Shown here: piece after piece, positions 39,197-49,258 of the stretch
Position numbering within the stretch: the first letter of the stretch is position 1
How the letters are laid out: each line of letters opens with the position of its first letter
Source of the DNA: a virus
Reading direction: 5' to 3' (one strand)
DNA: 64,000 bases
Virus record (IMG/VR): IMGVR_UViG_3300027365_000011
Location: 19,478 to 83,477 of that record
Notes under the pieces: generated by a model
The model's database searches: none
What the model was told of the DNA's origin: nothing
Seen by the model: the letters and a program-made list of their open reading frames with translations, nothing else
Program-made: the position numbers and the translations under genes

Positions 39197-40221
39197 ACTT
39201 CGGGCTGTTCCGCGGCCGGGGCGGCCGCCGTCTCGTCAGCCGGGGCGGCCTCGTCAATGAGCCCGGCGATTTCCGCGTGACTGGAGCTGCCGCCGGCGGT
39301 CTGCCGCTGCGACTGGCGGTGCTCGTCATGCGCCCGCGCGCTGGCGAGGACCGTCTGCAGGAAGTCGTCGCCCAGAGCCTCGCGCACCTTCTCGGGGGTC
39401 TGGTTCCAGGCGTCGCGCACGTACTGTTCGCCGTGTTCGGTGATTGACTGCAGGCGGTGGCGCCACTTCTCCAGGGTCTGGCTGCCGCCGGCACCGTCGA
39501 TCCAGCGACGCAGGGCCTGGCCATCGGCCGCGCCGATATAGCCCTCGCCGCGGCCGAGGATGCCTTTCAACTCGGACGGGCACTTGAGCACCTGCTGGTG
39601 GTAGCCCTCGTTCCACATCATCAGGCTGGCCGTCATCTCGAACATGAAGTTCTTTTCCTGAATCGGCTGGATGCCCAGGCTCACCGGCTTCTTGGGATCG
39701 GCGAAGTCCATTTTCTCGCGGGCGCGGATGCAGAAGATGACGTGCATGTCGCACTGCAGGACCGCGTTCATGAAGCGCTTGTGTTCGGCCTTGGCCTTCT
39801 TCCAGTCCGCCATTCGCGAGCTGGTGATGGTGGCGATTTCCTCGCAGCCGCCGGTGCCTTCCCATTCGTGGGTCACGGAGTCGATGACCAGCACCTCGAC
39901 GCCGGCCTGCTGGAACGCCTGAATGGCGTCGATGTAGCGCTGGGGCGAGAACGGCGCGTAAAGGTCGCCGATCAGGAAGGGGGAGGGCAGTTCCTGCATT
40001 CCCATCGACTGGGCGACCATCCGGTAGGTGTCGTCGCTGGCGTACAGCGAGCCGCGGCGGTTTTCGGTGTCGAGGAAGCCGACCTTGTTGCCCTGGCCGT
40101 TGGTCAGGCCGTAGGCAAGCTGCAGGGCGGTGAAGGTCTTGCCCGACCCGGAAATACCGGACAGGCCGATGACCATGCGGGCGCCGCGGCGTTCGGCCTG
40201 GCGGATCTCGATGACTGACAT
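39193..40221 (-). CDS. Sak4-like AAA recombination ATPase
   Basis: GISGSGKT, LDTE, VIDSVTHEW; lies between the exonuclease and ssb. Confidence 0.8.
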   Translation of the reverse strand: MSVIEIRQAERRGARMVIGLSGISGSGKTFTALQLAYGLTNGQGNKVGFLDTENRRGSLYASDDTYRMVAQSMGMQELPSPFLIGDLYAPFSPQRYIDAIQAFQQAGVEVLVIDSVTHEWEGTGGCEEIATITSSRMADWKKAKAEHKRFMNAVLQCDMHVIFCIRAREKMDFADPKKPVSLGIQPIQEKNFMFEMTASLMMWNEGYHQQVLKCPSELKGILGRGEGYIGAADGQALRRWIDGAGGSQTLEKWRHRLQSITEHGEQYVRDAWNQTPEKVREALGDDFLQTVLASARAHDEHRQSQRQTAGGSSSHAEIAGLIDEAAPADETAAAPAAEQPEV

Positions 40222-40235
40222 GCGTGCTCCTTGGA

Positions 40236-41588
40236 TCAGGGGGCGGCGGTGGCGGGCAGTTGCCGGCGCACGTACCACTCGGGAAGGGAAAGGGTCTGGA
40301 TGCCGTCGCCGTAGCCCGGCCAGTGGTCATCCCGACGGGCATCGGCATAGGCGGCCAGATCGGCGCGGTACTCGAGGCGGCCGATCGCGATGGAGTCGTC
40401 GTCCAGGACGTAGACGGCGACGTTGTAGGGGGGCTGCTTTTCCACCACCACGAAGGCGAACAGCCGCTGTTCGGGCCAGTCGAGCCCGGCCTGGCGGATG
40501 GCGGCATTGCAGCCGTCGAGGTACATGGGGTGCTGGACGTGGTAGCGCCACTTCATGATCGACCGCGCGAAGGCCTCCGGGCCGGCGTTGTCGGTGGTCT
40601 TGAGATCGACCAGCAGGCCTTTCTGCGGCACCCAGTAGTCGGGGCGGCAGCGGCACAGCTCGCCGGTTTCCTCGTCCTGCCAGTAGACGCTGCGTTCGGC
40701 GATGCCCTGGCGCAGCAGGGCGGCCGCAGCCGGGTGGCGGGCAACGGCGTCGCGCATCGCCAGCACCTGGTCGTACTCGGCATCCTTGAGCACGGTGCGA
40801 TGGCCGTTGTTCTCGAGCCATTCGGCCTGCACGTCGGACCACAGCGTCACATCGACGCCGTTGGCGTTGAGCCATTCGGCCATGGCGTGACGGCTGACGT
40901 TGGTGCCCAGCGTGTAGGTGAAACCGTGCTCGGCCTCGAAGGAGTCACAGATTTCCGACCACAGCTCGACCGTTTCGCCGTTGTCGCGCAGCAGCGCAGC
41001 CAGCGCCTTGCGGTCGCCGCTGGTGGACAGCAGCCCCGAGCGGTTCTCGTTCTCGGCCTGGATGATGGCCTTGAGCTCGCCGACCTTCATGGCCTCCAGC
41101 TCGTGCGCCGCATCGCCGTCGCCACCGTGAATCTCGTCCACGATCCGCGCGATCAGTTCCTCTTTCTTGCCGGCGATGGAGAGCTTGGGCATCCGATCCT
41201 TGTTCAGCTCCTGAATCCGGGCGACCAGCTCGTCAGTGCCCCGGATGGCGTGGGGGTGGGCGGCGATGCGCTCCTGGTTCAGCTTCTCGACCATGGCCAC
41301 CAGCTCGTCACGATCCTCGACGGCCTCGGGCACGTCCTGGCGGCGCAGCGCGCGGCAGTAGTCCCGCGTGAATGCTTCCGGCTCCAGCACCGCGGCGTGC
41401 AACGCGCTGCCGATGCGCTGATCGGGGGTCTCGCTGCGCTCGGACGGCGTGGTGACGACGTGGCGATAGGTCGCGAGGTTGCGATTGACGAGATCCAGCC
41501 CGGATTTCGAGATGCCCGGGCCGGTGTGGTAGTCGGCATTCGGAATATCGGCATAGACGCCGGGCGAGGGCGGTGCGGAAGGCTCCAT
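40236..41588 (-). CDS. recE: RecE/exonuclease VIII-like PD-(D/E)XK nuclease with internal insertion
   Basis: YHTGPGISKSGLD, GSALH..VLEP, CRCRPD, VDLKTT, YHVQ..Y. Confidence 0.85.
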   Translation of the reverse strand: MEPSAPPSPGVYADIPNADYHTGPGISKSGLDLVNRNLATYRHVVTTPSERSETPDQRIGSALHAAVLEPEAFTRDYCRALRRQDVPEAVEDRDELVAMVEKLNQERIAAHPHAIRGTDELVARIQELNKDRMPKLSIAGKKEELIARIVDEIHGGDGDAAHELEAMKVGELKAIIQAENENRSGLLSTSGDRKALAALLRDNGETVELWSEICDSFEAEHGFTYTLGTNVSRHAMAEWLNANGVDVTLWSDVQAEWLENNGHRTVLKDAEYDQVLAMRDAVARHPAAAALLRQGIAERSVYWQDEETGELCRCRPDYWVPQKGLLVDLKTTDNAGPEAFARSIMKWRYHVQHPMYLDGCNAAIRQAGLDWPEQRLFAFVVVEKQPPYNVAVYVLDDDSIAIGRLEYRADLAAYADARRDDHWPGYGDGIQTLSLPEWYVRRQLPATAAP

Positions 41589-41622
41589 TTTTACCCCACA
41601 TGGCATAAAGGTGAGTCAGCGC

Positions 41623-41693
41623 TTACCTGTCAGGTAAGCGAGAAAGCCAAAAAAGGGCAGCCGTCAGGCCGCCCGGTGTTACTTGAAAGGTAA
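41623..41693. promoter_or_regulatory. Operator pair (OL-like) ahead of the recE operon
   Basis: TTACCTGTCAGGTAA (41623) and TTACTTGAAAGGTAA (41679). Confidence 0.7.
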
Positions 41694-41718
41694 TGCTATG
41701 GGGTTTTTCTCATCCTAG

Positions 41719-42309
41719 TCAAGCTCGGCTGCCGATCCAGACTACCCTCCCGGTAACGGGAAACGCGCTTTCCGGCCGATCATCGAAATTCGGGTAATCC
41801 TCATTGTCTGTTAATATGCTAATTGAGTTATCGGTCAATCCGGGCATGACGCGGCGGATTCGCGGGCTGCTCGCCTCCGAGGCGCTGACGTACAACCCGG
41901 GTTTCTTCACCCGCTCGCATGGCTCGATCAATACAATGTCCCCGGGGTTCAATGTCGCCGACATCGCATCGTCCTCGACAATGAGCGCGGCCAGCTCCGA
42001 GGCCTTGGTCCCCGTGATAGTCGCCAGATACCGATTGTCGAAGGGCAGATCGGCGGCGCCTTCCATCAGGTTGCGCACCGTCACGATCGTCGGCGTCCGT
42101 CGGGCATATTCTATCGAGCTCGAGGGAGTGATGAGAGCCTGCGGGGGGACGCCCAGCACCTCGGCGATGCGCGTCAGCGTGACCAGGTTGATCCGCTGCG
42201 GGTCGCGCTCCCAACGACTCACATTGGCCGCCGACGTATCCAGGCGGCGCGCCAGTTCGGTAATGCTCATGCCCTGCCGTGACCGGATTTCACGAATTGC
42301 CAGTTCCAT
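41719..42309 (-). CDS. CI-like repressor (XRE HTH plus degenerate S24 domain)
   Basis: IREIRSRQGMSITELARRL...VSRWE; NPGDIVLI...DNEDYP...GRVVW; divergent from cro. Confidence 0.85.
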   Translation of the reverse strand: MELAIREIRSRQGMSITELARRLDTSAANVSRWERDPQRINLVTLTRIAEVLGVPPQALITPSSSIEYARRTPTIVTVRNLMEGAADLPFDNRYLATITGTKASELAALIVEDDAMSATLNPGDIVLIEPCERVKKPGLYVSASEASSPRIRRVMPGLTDNSISILTDNEDYPNFDDRPESAFPVTGRVVWIGSRA

Positions 42310-42600
42310 ACCCTCTCCCTAATTTTGCGAAGGGCGTGACGCTCTCATGTCATGCCGAAATCGACGCATCAGTCGCCATCGCCAAAGAACACAACGTGGC
42401 TTCCCTGCCGGGCACGCCTTTTATCTTATCGTGAGACATTCGGCATTTACTTAGGACGCCCCATCGTTGCGAATCGTGCCAAAGCGTTTCTTTTAAAGTT
42501 ACACCGCATAATACTTTACCCTAAATTAAATATCCTGTCGCCAACACCCGCCGCAACGTCCCGCCAACGGTAACGGGCGGCCTACGCCTTGCCCCCTTCG

Positions 42601-42638
42601 TTACTTTTAAGGTAACTTCTCGCCTACTTTTCAGGTAA
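42601..42638. promoter_or_regulatory. Operator pair (OR-like) ahead of cro
   Basis: TTACTTTTAAGGTAA (42601) and CTACTTTTCAGGTAA (42624), 23 bp apart. Confidence 0.7.
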
Positions 42639-42649
42639 CGGAGACGGCC

Positions 42650-42883
42650 ATGACACTGATCGAATACCGGCGGCACGTCACGGGCATGTCCGGACACGAA
42701 ACCGCGCGCTGGCTGGGCGTGAAGCCGGCGATCTACTGGCGCTGGGAGCAGGGCCAGATGCCCAGCCCCGCCAACATGCGCGCGATCTATCGCTTCACCT
42801 GCGGGGCCGTGACGCCCAACTGCCTGGCCGGCATGGGCGAGCGCGCCAGCCATCCGCTGTTCGACGTGGGCGAGGCGGCATGA
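42650..42883 (+). CDS. Cro-like HTH protein
   Basis: 77 aa HTH with C-terminal G.VTPN; divergent from the repressor. Confidence 0.8.
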   Translation: MTLIEYRRHVTGMSGHETARWLGVKPAIYWRWEQGQMPSPANMRAIYRFTCGAVTPNCLAGMGERASHPLFDVGEAA

Positions 42884-45522
42884 GTCACATTCAGGCGATG
42901 ACGATTCCGGTCGAGCGCCCGGACGACAATGCCAACTGGCACCACCTGCGCGGCTACCAGCAGCACACCGTCAACGGCGTGCGCGTGGCCTTTTCCCAGG
43001 GCAGCCGGGCGCCGCTGCTGGTGCTCCCGGCCGGGGGCGGCAAGACGTTCACCTCGTGCTACATGATCGACCAGGCCCAGGGGCAGGGGCGCAACGTGCT
43101 GATCCTGGTGCATCGCCAGGAGCTGGCGCGGCAGTTCTCTCAGGCCCTGACGGCCTACGGGGTGGCCCACGGGCTCATCATGGCCCACGAACGCCCCGAT
43201 CTCGCCAGGCGGGTCCAGGTCGCCAGCGTCCAGACCTATGCCAAGCGCATGGGCAAGATGAGCTGGCGCCCGCATCTCATCATCAGCGACGAAGCTCACC
43301 ACGTTACGGAAGGCAGCCTGTGGGGCCGGGTGCTCGAGAACCATGCCGGCGCGCTGCGCATGGGGCTGACCGCGACGCCGATCCGGCTCGACGGCAAGGG
43401 GCTCGGCCAGGGCCACGGCGGCTATTTCGACGCGATCGTGGAAGGCCCGTCGCCGGCCGAGCTCATGGCGCTGGGCAACCTGTGCGACTACAAGATGTTC
43501 GCCCCCGGCCAGGCGGTGGACATGAAGGGCGTGCGCCGTACCGCCGGGGACTACAACCGCAAGGATGCCGAGGAGCGCATCAACAAGCCCACCATCACCG
43601 GCAACGCCATCGAGCACTACCGTCAGCACGCGGACGGCAAGCCCGCGGTGGTGTTCTGCATGTCCCGGCGCCACGCCGAGGACGTGTGCCAGCGCTTCAA
43701 TGACGCGGGCTACCGCTTCGCGGTGCTCGACGGGACGCTGCGTGGCAAGGGGCGCGACGACGCCGGCAACGATCTGGTCGCCCAGCGCGTCGCGGCGCTG
43801 GCGGATGGCCGCCTGCACGGCCTGGTGACGGTGGATCTGGTCAGCGAGGGATTCGATTTGCCTGCTATCGAAGTGTGCATATCGCTCAGGGCCACTCAGT
43901 CGGAATCCCTCTGGATTCAGCAGTGTCTGGACGAGAAAACGGAAATACTCACTCAGCGCGGATGGGTTGGGCGTGAAGATATTAGCGATGACGACATCGT
44001 TGCGGCCTTTGATACCTCCATCGAGTCCATCCAATGGGAGCCGATTCTGAGTCGCGTGGATAGGCCGCTTGCCTCGGGCGAAGCCATGTATGCCGTTTCC
44101 GGCCCCCATCTCAACATTCGCGTCACTGACGGCCACCAGATGATCGTCAGGGGGAGGTCAGGCACTTCTAAGCGCTGGATCAAGGAAGATGCCCAGGCAG
44201 CGGCGCTGCGCCGGAGCATGTTTACCGTCCCTGTTTCCGCCACGCAGGAGCCAGGCCACCCTGCACGCCTGGCCGATGACGAGCTGCGTTTTCTTGGCTG
44301 GTTCCTTTCTGATGGCACTCACGACAAATCGAACAATGTGGTCAGGATTGGGCAGTCGTCAGCCAAACATCGCCACCTTGACTCTATTCGCCGCACGCTG
44401 CGCGGTTGCGGGTTCAAGTTCAGCGAATACCGCATCAAGCGAAAAGGCGATCAATCCCACTGCCCGGACCTCGTTCAGTTTCAGGTGTCTCGCGGACAGC
44501 CTCGCGGGCGAGACAAGCACCTTAGCGGCTGGGCGCGACTCGCGCCCTGGATCAATAAGTCGCTGCCGGAAGTTTACGAGTCCCTGACCCGCCGCCAGTT
44601 AGGCATTTTGCTGGAAACGCTCAATCTTGGTGACGGCGCGAACGGGCACAAGTCGCGCCAGGGAAAGAAGGCCATGTTCATCACATGCGGCGACAACTCA
44701 GTTATGGCCGAGCGCCTGCAGTCCCTGCTGGTGCGGAGAGGCTATCGCTGCAACCTAAGCATCTACCAGAAAGGCGACAAAGGCCCTTGGTGGTCGCTCC
44801 AGATAAATGACACGCAACACGCCACCATCGCCGGCACGTCAGTCAAGGACGGCCGTATCGGTGCCGGAAGGCAGTATCGACGCTCACGCTTCACGGAGGT
44901 CGATCACGCCCCCGGTGAGCGCGTCTGGTGCGTGGAGAATGCGCTGGGAACGCTGGTCACGCGCCGCAACGGCAAGGTCGCCATTGTCGGCAACTGCGCT
45001 CGGTCCCTCCGCCCCGCCGACGGCAAGCCCTACGCGGTCATCCTCGATCATGTCGGCAACTCCCGGCGCCACGGCCTGCCCGACGACGACCGCGACTGGT
45101 CGCTGGCCGGCAAGAAGAAGGGCAAGAAGGCCGGTGACAGCGAATCGGCGGCGCCGATCAAGCAATGCGAGGCCTGCGGCCACGTCCACCGCCCGGGGCC
45201 GCCCCAGTGTCCCGAGTGTGGCGAGGCCTACGAGACCCAGGCCCGCAAGGTGGAGGAGGTCGACGGCCAGCTCGAGGAAGTCAAGCGCCGCGCCGACGAA
45301 AAGCGCCAGCGCAAGAAGGAGATCGAGCAAGCCCAATCGCTGCCCGAGCTGCTGTATCTGGCCGAGAAGTACGGCTACAAGCCCAATTGGGCGCATATCA
45401 AGTACCGGCAGAAGCTGGCCGCCCAGCAGGGCAAGTACCGCGGCGGCAAGCCCCCGCGCCACCTGCCGCCGATTCCGCCGGTGGAAGTCTACGACCGTGA
45501 CAACCAGGGAGCCGCCCAATGA
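42880..45522 (+). CDS. SF2 DEAH helicase with Zn ribbon, intein-containing
   Basis: PAGGGKT, DEAHH, TATP, SEGFD, QQ[intein]CARSLR, CEAC/CPEC. Confidence 0.9.
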   Translation: MSHIQAMTIPVERPDDNANWHHLRGYQQHTVNGVRVAFSQGSRAPLLVLPAGGGKTFTSCYMIDQAQGQGRNVLILVHRQELARQFSQALTAYGVAHGLIMAHERPDLARRVQVASVQTYAKRMGKMSWRPHLIISDEAHHVTEGSLWGRVLENHAGALRMGLTATPIRLDGKGLGQGHGGYFDAIVEGPSPAELMALGNLCDYKMFAPGQAVDMKGVRRTAGDYNRKDAEERINKPTITGNAIEHYRQHADGKPAVVFCMSRRHAEDVCQRFNDAGYRFAVLDGTLRGKGRDDAGNDLVAQRVAALADGRLHGLVTVDLVSEGFDLPAIEVCISLRATQSESLWIQQCLDEKTEILTQRGWVGREDISDDDIVAAFDTSIESIQWEPILSRVDRPLASGEAMYAVSGPHLNIRVTDGHQMIVRGRSGTSKRWIKEDAQAAALRRSMFTVPVSATQEPGHPARLADDELRFLGWFLSDGTHDKSNNVVRIGQSSAKHRHLDSIRRTLRGCGFKFSEYRIKRKGDQSHCPDLVQFQVSRGQPRGRDKHLSGWARLAPWINKSLPEVYESLTRRQLGILLETLNLGDGANGHKSRQGKKAMFITCGDNSVMAERLQSLLVRRGYRCNLSIYQKGDKGPWWSLQINDTQHATIAGTSVKDGRIGAGRQYRRSRFTEVDHAPGERVWCVENALGTLVTRRNGKVAIVGNCARSLRPADGKPYAVILDHVGNSRRHGLPDDDRDWSLAGKKKGKKAGDSESAAPIKQCEACGHVHRPGPPQCPECGEAYETQARKVEEVDGQLEEVKRRADEKRQRKKEIEQAQSLPELLYLAEKYGYKPNWAHIKYRQKLAAQQGKYRGGKPPRHLPPIPPVEVYDRDNQGAAQ
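43924..44994 (+). mobile_element. Intein with LAGLIDADG-like domain, in helicase motif VI
   Basis: Q|CLDEKTEILTQRGW...VTDGH...GWFLSDG...LNLGDG...VWCV...IVGN|C; lower GC. Confidence 0.9.
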
Positions 45523-45917
45523 GCGAGCACAAGATCCAGAATGAGTGCCGGCTGGCGCTGAGTCAGCACAAGCGCGGCGTCTACTGGCGGGCCAACGTGG
45601 GCCAGGCCTGGACGGGCAACCGGATCGTGCGCAACCGCGACGGCAGCCTCACCATTTACGAGCCGCGGCCGTTCCAGACCGGGCTGCCCAAGGGCTTTCC
45701 CGACCTGTTCGGCATGACCGATGTGACCATTACCCCGGAAATGGTCGGGCACACCTTGCCGGTCTACACCGGCCTCGAGGTCAAGCGCCCCGGCAAGAAA
45801 CCCTCCGAACAGCAGGCCAAGCACCTGAGCCTGCTGCAACGTCGCGGCGCCCTGGCCGGCGTCGTCACCAGCCCTGACGACGCGCTGGCGCTGACCGCCC
45901 AGTACGACAAGGGCTGA
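45519..45917 (+). CDS. VRR-NUC nuclease
   Basis: SEHKIQ...GFPDL...LEVK..GKKPSEQQ. Confidence 0.85.
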   Translation: MSEHKIQNECRLALSQHKRGVYWRANVGQAWTGNRIVRNRDGSLTIYEPRPFQTGLPKGFPDLFGMTDVTITPEMVGHTLPVYTGLEVKRPGKKPSEQQAKHLSLLQRRGALAGVVTSPDDALALTAQYDKG

Positions 45918-45923
45918 CCCTCC

Positions 45924-48470
45924 ATGGCAGGCAGAAAAAGCAAGTTCGCCCACTTCGTCGCCGGGCTCACGTTCTGCGAGCCGGCCGACATGATCCAGCA
46001 TTTCTGGCCCGAACTGATGGAGCACGCCGCGCGCGTCGAGGCCAGCCTGGATGGCGTCGAGATCGTCACCGACGGCCAGCGCCACTACCTGCGCAACCTG
46101 AAAGGGGAGGACGACCAGCGCCAGTATTACATCGCCAACCTGGTCACGGACGGCGACGACACGGTATGGCCGTCCGTGACCTTCGGCAGCTTCAAGCAAC
46201 GCCTGGACAACGTGTATTTCAAGCCGCGCGACCTGGTGTGGCGCTCGTTCGAGAGCCACAAGGACGACGTGGTGGTCGACCTCGACCGCCACGCCGCGTA
46301 TCGCGAGCGCATCAAGGAAGCCCGTCAGGAAGCGCAGCGCCAGGCGATCGCCAACGAGACCATCAAGCGCGAAGCCCAGGAGGCCGCCGCCGAGGCTGCG
46401 GCCCAGGCCTGGCAGGCCGCCCAGGGCGTCGACCCCGCCGAATCCCACGCCTACCTGCTCAACAAGGGGCTGTCGATTCAGGGGCGGGTCCGGGTCGCGG
46501 CACACCGCCTGAGCGGCCGGCTGTACAGCCATACCTACCGCCAGTGGTACCCCCAGGCCACCATCGTCGACACCGGCGACCTGCTGCTGCCGGTGTACTC
46601 CGCCGACCCGACGACCCCCGGGCTCATCAACGTCCAGCGCATCGCCCGCGACGGCAGCAAGCGATTCCTGATGGGCGGCCAGAAAAAACTGGGCTACATG
46701 CCGGTCATGCCGGACGGCTGGAGCGGCGGTGCTCCCGACGCCCTGGTCATCGTGGAGGGCTATGCGACCGGGGCGAGCCTGCTGCATACGCGCGCCTTCG
46801 GCGAACGCCGGGTGGCGATCATCGTCGCCTTCGACAGCGGCAACGTGGCCGGCGTGGCGGCGGCGCTGATGGAGAAATACCCCGGCACGCCGGTCATCCT
46901 GGCCGCGGACAACGACCAGTCGACCCCCGGCAACCCGGGCATGACGCTGGCCGCCAACCTCAAGACCGACCCGGCCCTGCGGTTGCCGTTCATCGCCCCG
47001 ACGCTCCCGGACGGCGACACCCGCAAGGTCGACTTCGATGACCTGCGCCAGTGGTCGGGCGAGGCCGAAGTTACCCGCCAGGTGGCCGACCAGTTCGACG
47101 GCGCGGTGCATTTCTGGCGGCTGCACCATGACCCGGAATACCGCCAGAAGGTCGAGAGCGGCGAGGAAGGGGAGGGGCGCCCGGCGCTCAATATCCGCGA
47201 CCACTCGGAAGTGGTGGACGATTTTTCCTGGCCGAACCAGAAGCGCGGCTCGGTCGGCAAGCCGCTGCCCACGGAGGAAAACCTCGAGTGGATGACCCGC
47301 CAGTACGGCATCACCATGCGCTACAACGAAATCACCAAGGACGTGGAGATCGACGTACCCGGCGAGAATTTCAGCATCGACAACCGCAACAACGTCTCGC
47401 TGTCGAAGATCCGCGACCTGTGCGCGCGCAATGAGCTGCCCCGCGAGGACGTGGAATCCAAGGTCAAGGCGATCGCCGATCGTCAACGCTTCAACCCGAT
47501 CGTCGCCTGGATCAAGTCGCGCCCCTGGGACGGCCACGACTACCTGACGGACCTGTTCAACACCCTGACGCTGGCGCCCGATGTCGACCCCAAGCTGGCC
47601 AAGCTGCTGCTGGTCAAGTGGATGCTCGGCGCCGTGGCGCTGGCCGACAATCAGGGCCATATCTGGTCGAAATCGGTACTGGTGTTCACCGGCGAACAGT
47701 CCCAGGGCAAGACGAGCTGGTTTCGCGCCCTGGTCCCGGAGTCGACCGGCCTGACGAGCTGCATTGCCGACGGCCTGCACCTGGACCCCGCGGACAAGGA
47801 CACCGTGGCCACGGTGCTGTCGCACTGGCTGGTCGAGCTGGGCGAGCTGGACGCGACATTCCGCAAGGCGGACATCGCCCGCCTCAAGGCGTTCATCACC
47901 AAGAAGACCGACAAGCTGCGCCGCCCCTATGATCGTCAGGACAGCGAATACCCGCGGCGCACGGCGCTGTTCGCGTCGGTCAACGAAGACCGCTTCATGC
48001 AGGACCAGACCGGCAACTCACGCTGGTGGGCAATCGAGGTGCTGGCGCTCGATCACGAGCACGACATCGACATGCAGCAGGCCTGGGCGCAGTGCCATCA
48101 CCTGCTCGAGCAGGGCATGAAGCACTACCTGAGCCCGGCCGAGGAAGCCATGCTTGCCGGGTCGAATACCCGCTTCGAGCAGGTCGACCCGCTCGAGGAA
48201 ATGATCCTCAGCAGCTTCGAGGTCGAGGTGGGCTATGACGCCAACGGCTCGCCGGTCTACCGTTACGATCCACACTCGACCGTCGACATGACGGCGACTC
48301 AGGTGCTGATTCACGCGGGCATCGACAAGCCCACACGCAGCCAGGCCACCACGGCGGGGGCGTTCCTGCGCAAGCTGACCGGGGCCAAGGCGCGCCGGGC
48401 GGCCGCGGGCAATGTCTACCGGATGCCGGCGCCGAAGCAGCGGGGTGGCCAGGGGCCGGGGGGAGCGTGA
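45924..48470 (+). CDS. Primase-helicase (TOPRIM plus VapE/VirE ATPase plus C-terminal winged helix)
   Basis: YL..KG, EGYATG, AADND, DFDD; GEQSQGKT, ELGELD, RRPY, DQTGNSRW. Confidence 0.85.
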   Translation: MAGRKSKFAHFVAGLTFCEPADMIQHFWPELMEHAARVEASLDGVEIVTDGQRHYLRNLKGEDDQRQYYIANLVTDGDDTVWPSVTFGSFKQRLDNVYFKPRDLVWRSFESHKDDVVVDLDRHAAYRERIKEARQEAQRQAIANETIKREAQEAAAEAAAQAWQAAQGVDPAESHAYLLNKGLSIQGRVRVAAHRLSGRLYSHTYRQWYPQATIVDTGDLLLPVYSADPTTPGLINVQRIARDGSKRFLMGGQKKLGYMPVMPDGWSGGAPDALVIVEGYATGASLLHTRAFGERRVAIIVAFDSGNVAGVAAALMEKYPGTPVILAADNDQSTPGNPGMTLAANLKTDPALRLPFIAPTLPDGDTRKVDFDDLRQWSGEAEVTRQVADQFDGAVHFWRLHHDPEYRQKVESGEEGEGRPALNIRDHSEVVDDFSWPNQKRGSVGKPLPTEENLEWMTRQYGITMRYNEITKDVEIDVPGENFSIDNRNNVSLSKIRDLCARNELPREDVESKVKAIADRQRFNPIVAWIKSRPWDGHDYLTDLFNTLTLAPDVDPKLAKLLLVKWMLGAVALADNQGHIWSKSVLVFTGEQSQGKTSWFRALVPESTGLTSCIADGLHLDPADKDTVATVLSHWLVELGELDATFRKADIARLKAFITKKTDKLRRPYDRQDSEYPRRTALFASVNEDRFMQDQTGNSRWWAIEVLALDHEHDIDMQQAWAQCHHLLEQGMKHYLSPAEEAMLAGSNTRFEQVDPLEEMILSSFEVEVGYDANGSPVYRYDPHSTVDMTATQVLIHAGIDKPTRSQATTAGAFLRKLTGAKARRAAAGNVYRMPAPKQRGGQGPGGA

Positions 48471-48502
48471 CAGGGAATCGGGAAAGCGGGGGAGGAAATG
48501 AA

Positions 48503-48527
48503 GAAGGGCTGCTTAGTGCAGCCCTTC
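48503..48527. terminator. Terminator hairpin between convergent genes
   Basis: GAAGGGCTGC-ttagt-GCAGCCCTTC. Confidence 0.65.
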
Positions 48528-48530
48528 GTG

Positions 48531-48767
48531 CTATTTACCGTCTGTGTCCAGCAGATCGGTTAGGGTTTCCAGCTCGAACTCCTGGTTCTCGATGACCGCC
48601 TCGGCATGCACGCTCCCCGTCCGCGCCAGCCGAATCATTTGCTGAGTGTCGGGGTTTTCCTTGGCCCCTTCGCTGATGATGGCCTGCATCACCGACTGCG
48701 ATTCCCGCACACACTCCAGCGCGCTCTCGACCGCATCAATCGCACGCTTGCTGTCACTAGAACCCAT
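48531..48767 (-). CDS. Small helical hypothetical protein
   Basis: GAGGA RBS before ATG 48767. Confidence 0.5.
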   Translation of the reverse strand: MGSSDSKRAIDAVESALECVRESQSVMQAIISEGAKENPDTQQMIRLARTGSVHAEAVIENQEFELETLTDLLDTDGK

Positions 48768-49258
48768 TTGACTTCCTCTTTCCCTTCGGGCATTCCGCCG
48801 CGTGTTATGGTTCAACCAGGTTTATTGGGATAGCCCGTTCAACGAAATACTCGCGATTTATAGGCTGAAACCTGCTGAAAAATTCCGTCTCGCAACGGCG
48901 CTGGGGCCGGCGATCGGAAAGGTTATGAATTGGCGCGGAGTCCCTTCATGGCGCTTGTCGCTTGCGAGATACGCCCGTCCTTGGGCGGTGTCGACTGGGA
49001 TACGGGGCAACCTGTATGGTATGGCGGCACATTTTTGTCTCTATGGTTTGTGCCACCCAAATGATTACTTTTAAGGAAAACTTATGGCGGGTAATTTACC
49101 CTAGATGCCTTTTTTTGTCTACGCTTTAAAAGGCATTACACCATTACTTTAATACGCTCGTTTCGAAAAATAAGCCTCATTCGACACGCACCCAATAAAT
49201 GCACGGTTTGTCGTTGTTCTCATGCCAATAACCGACACGCTTTTCGATACAAGCGGGC

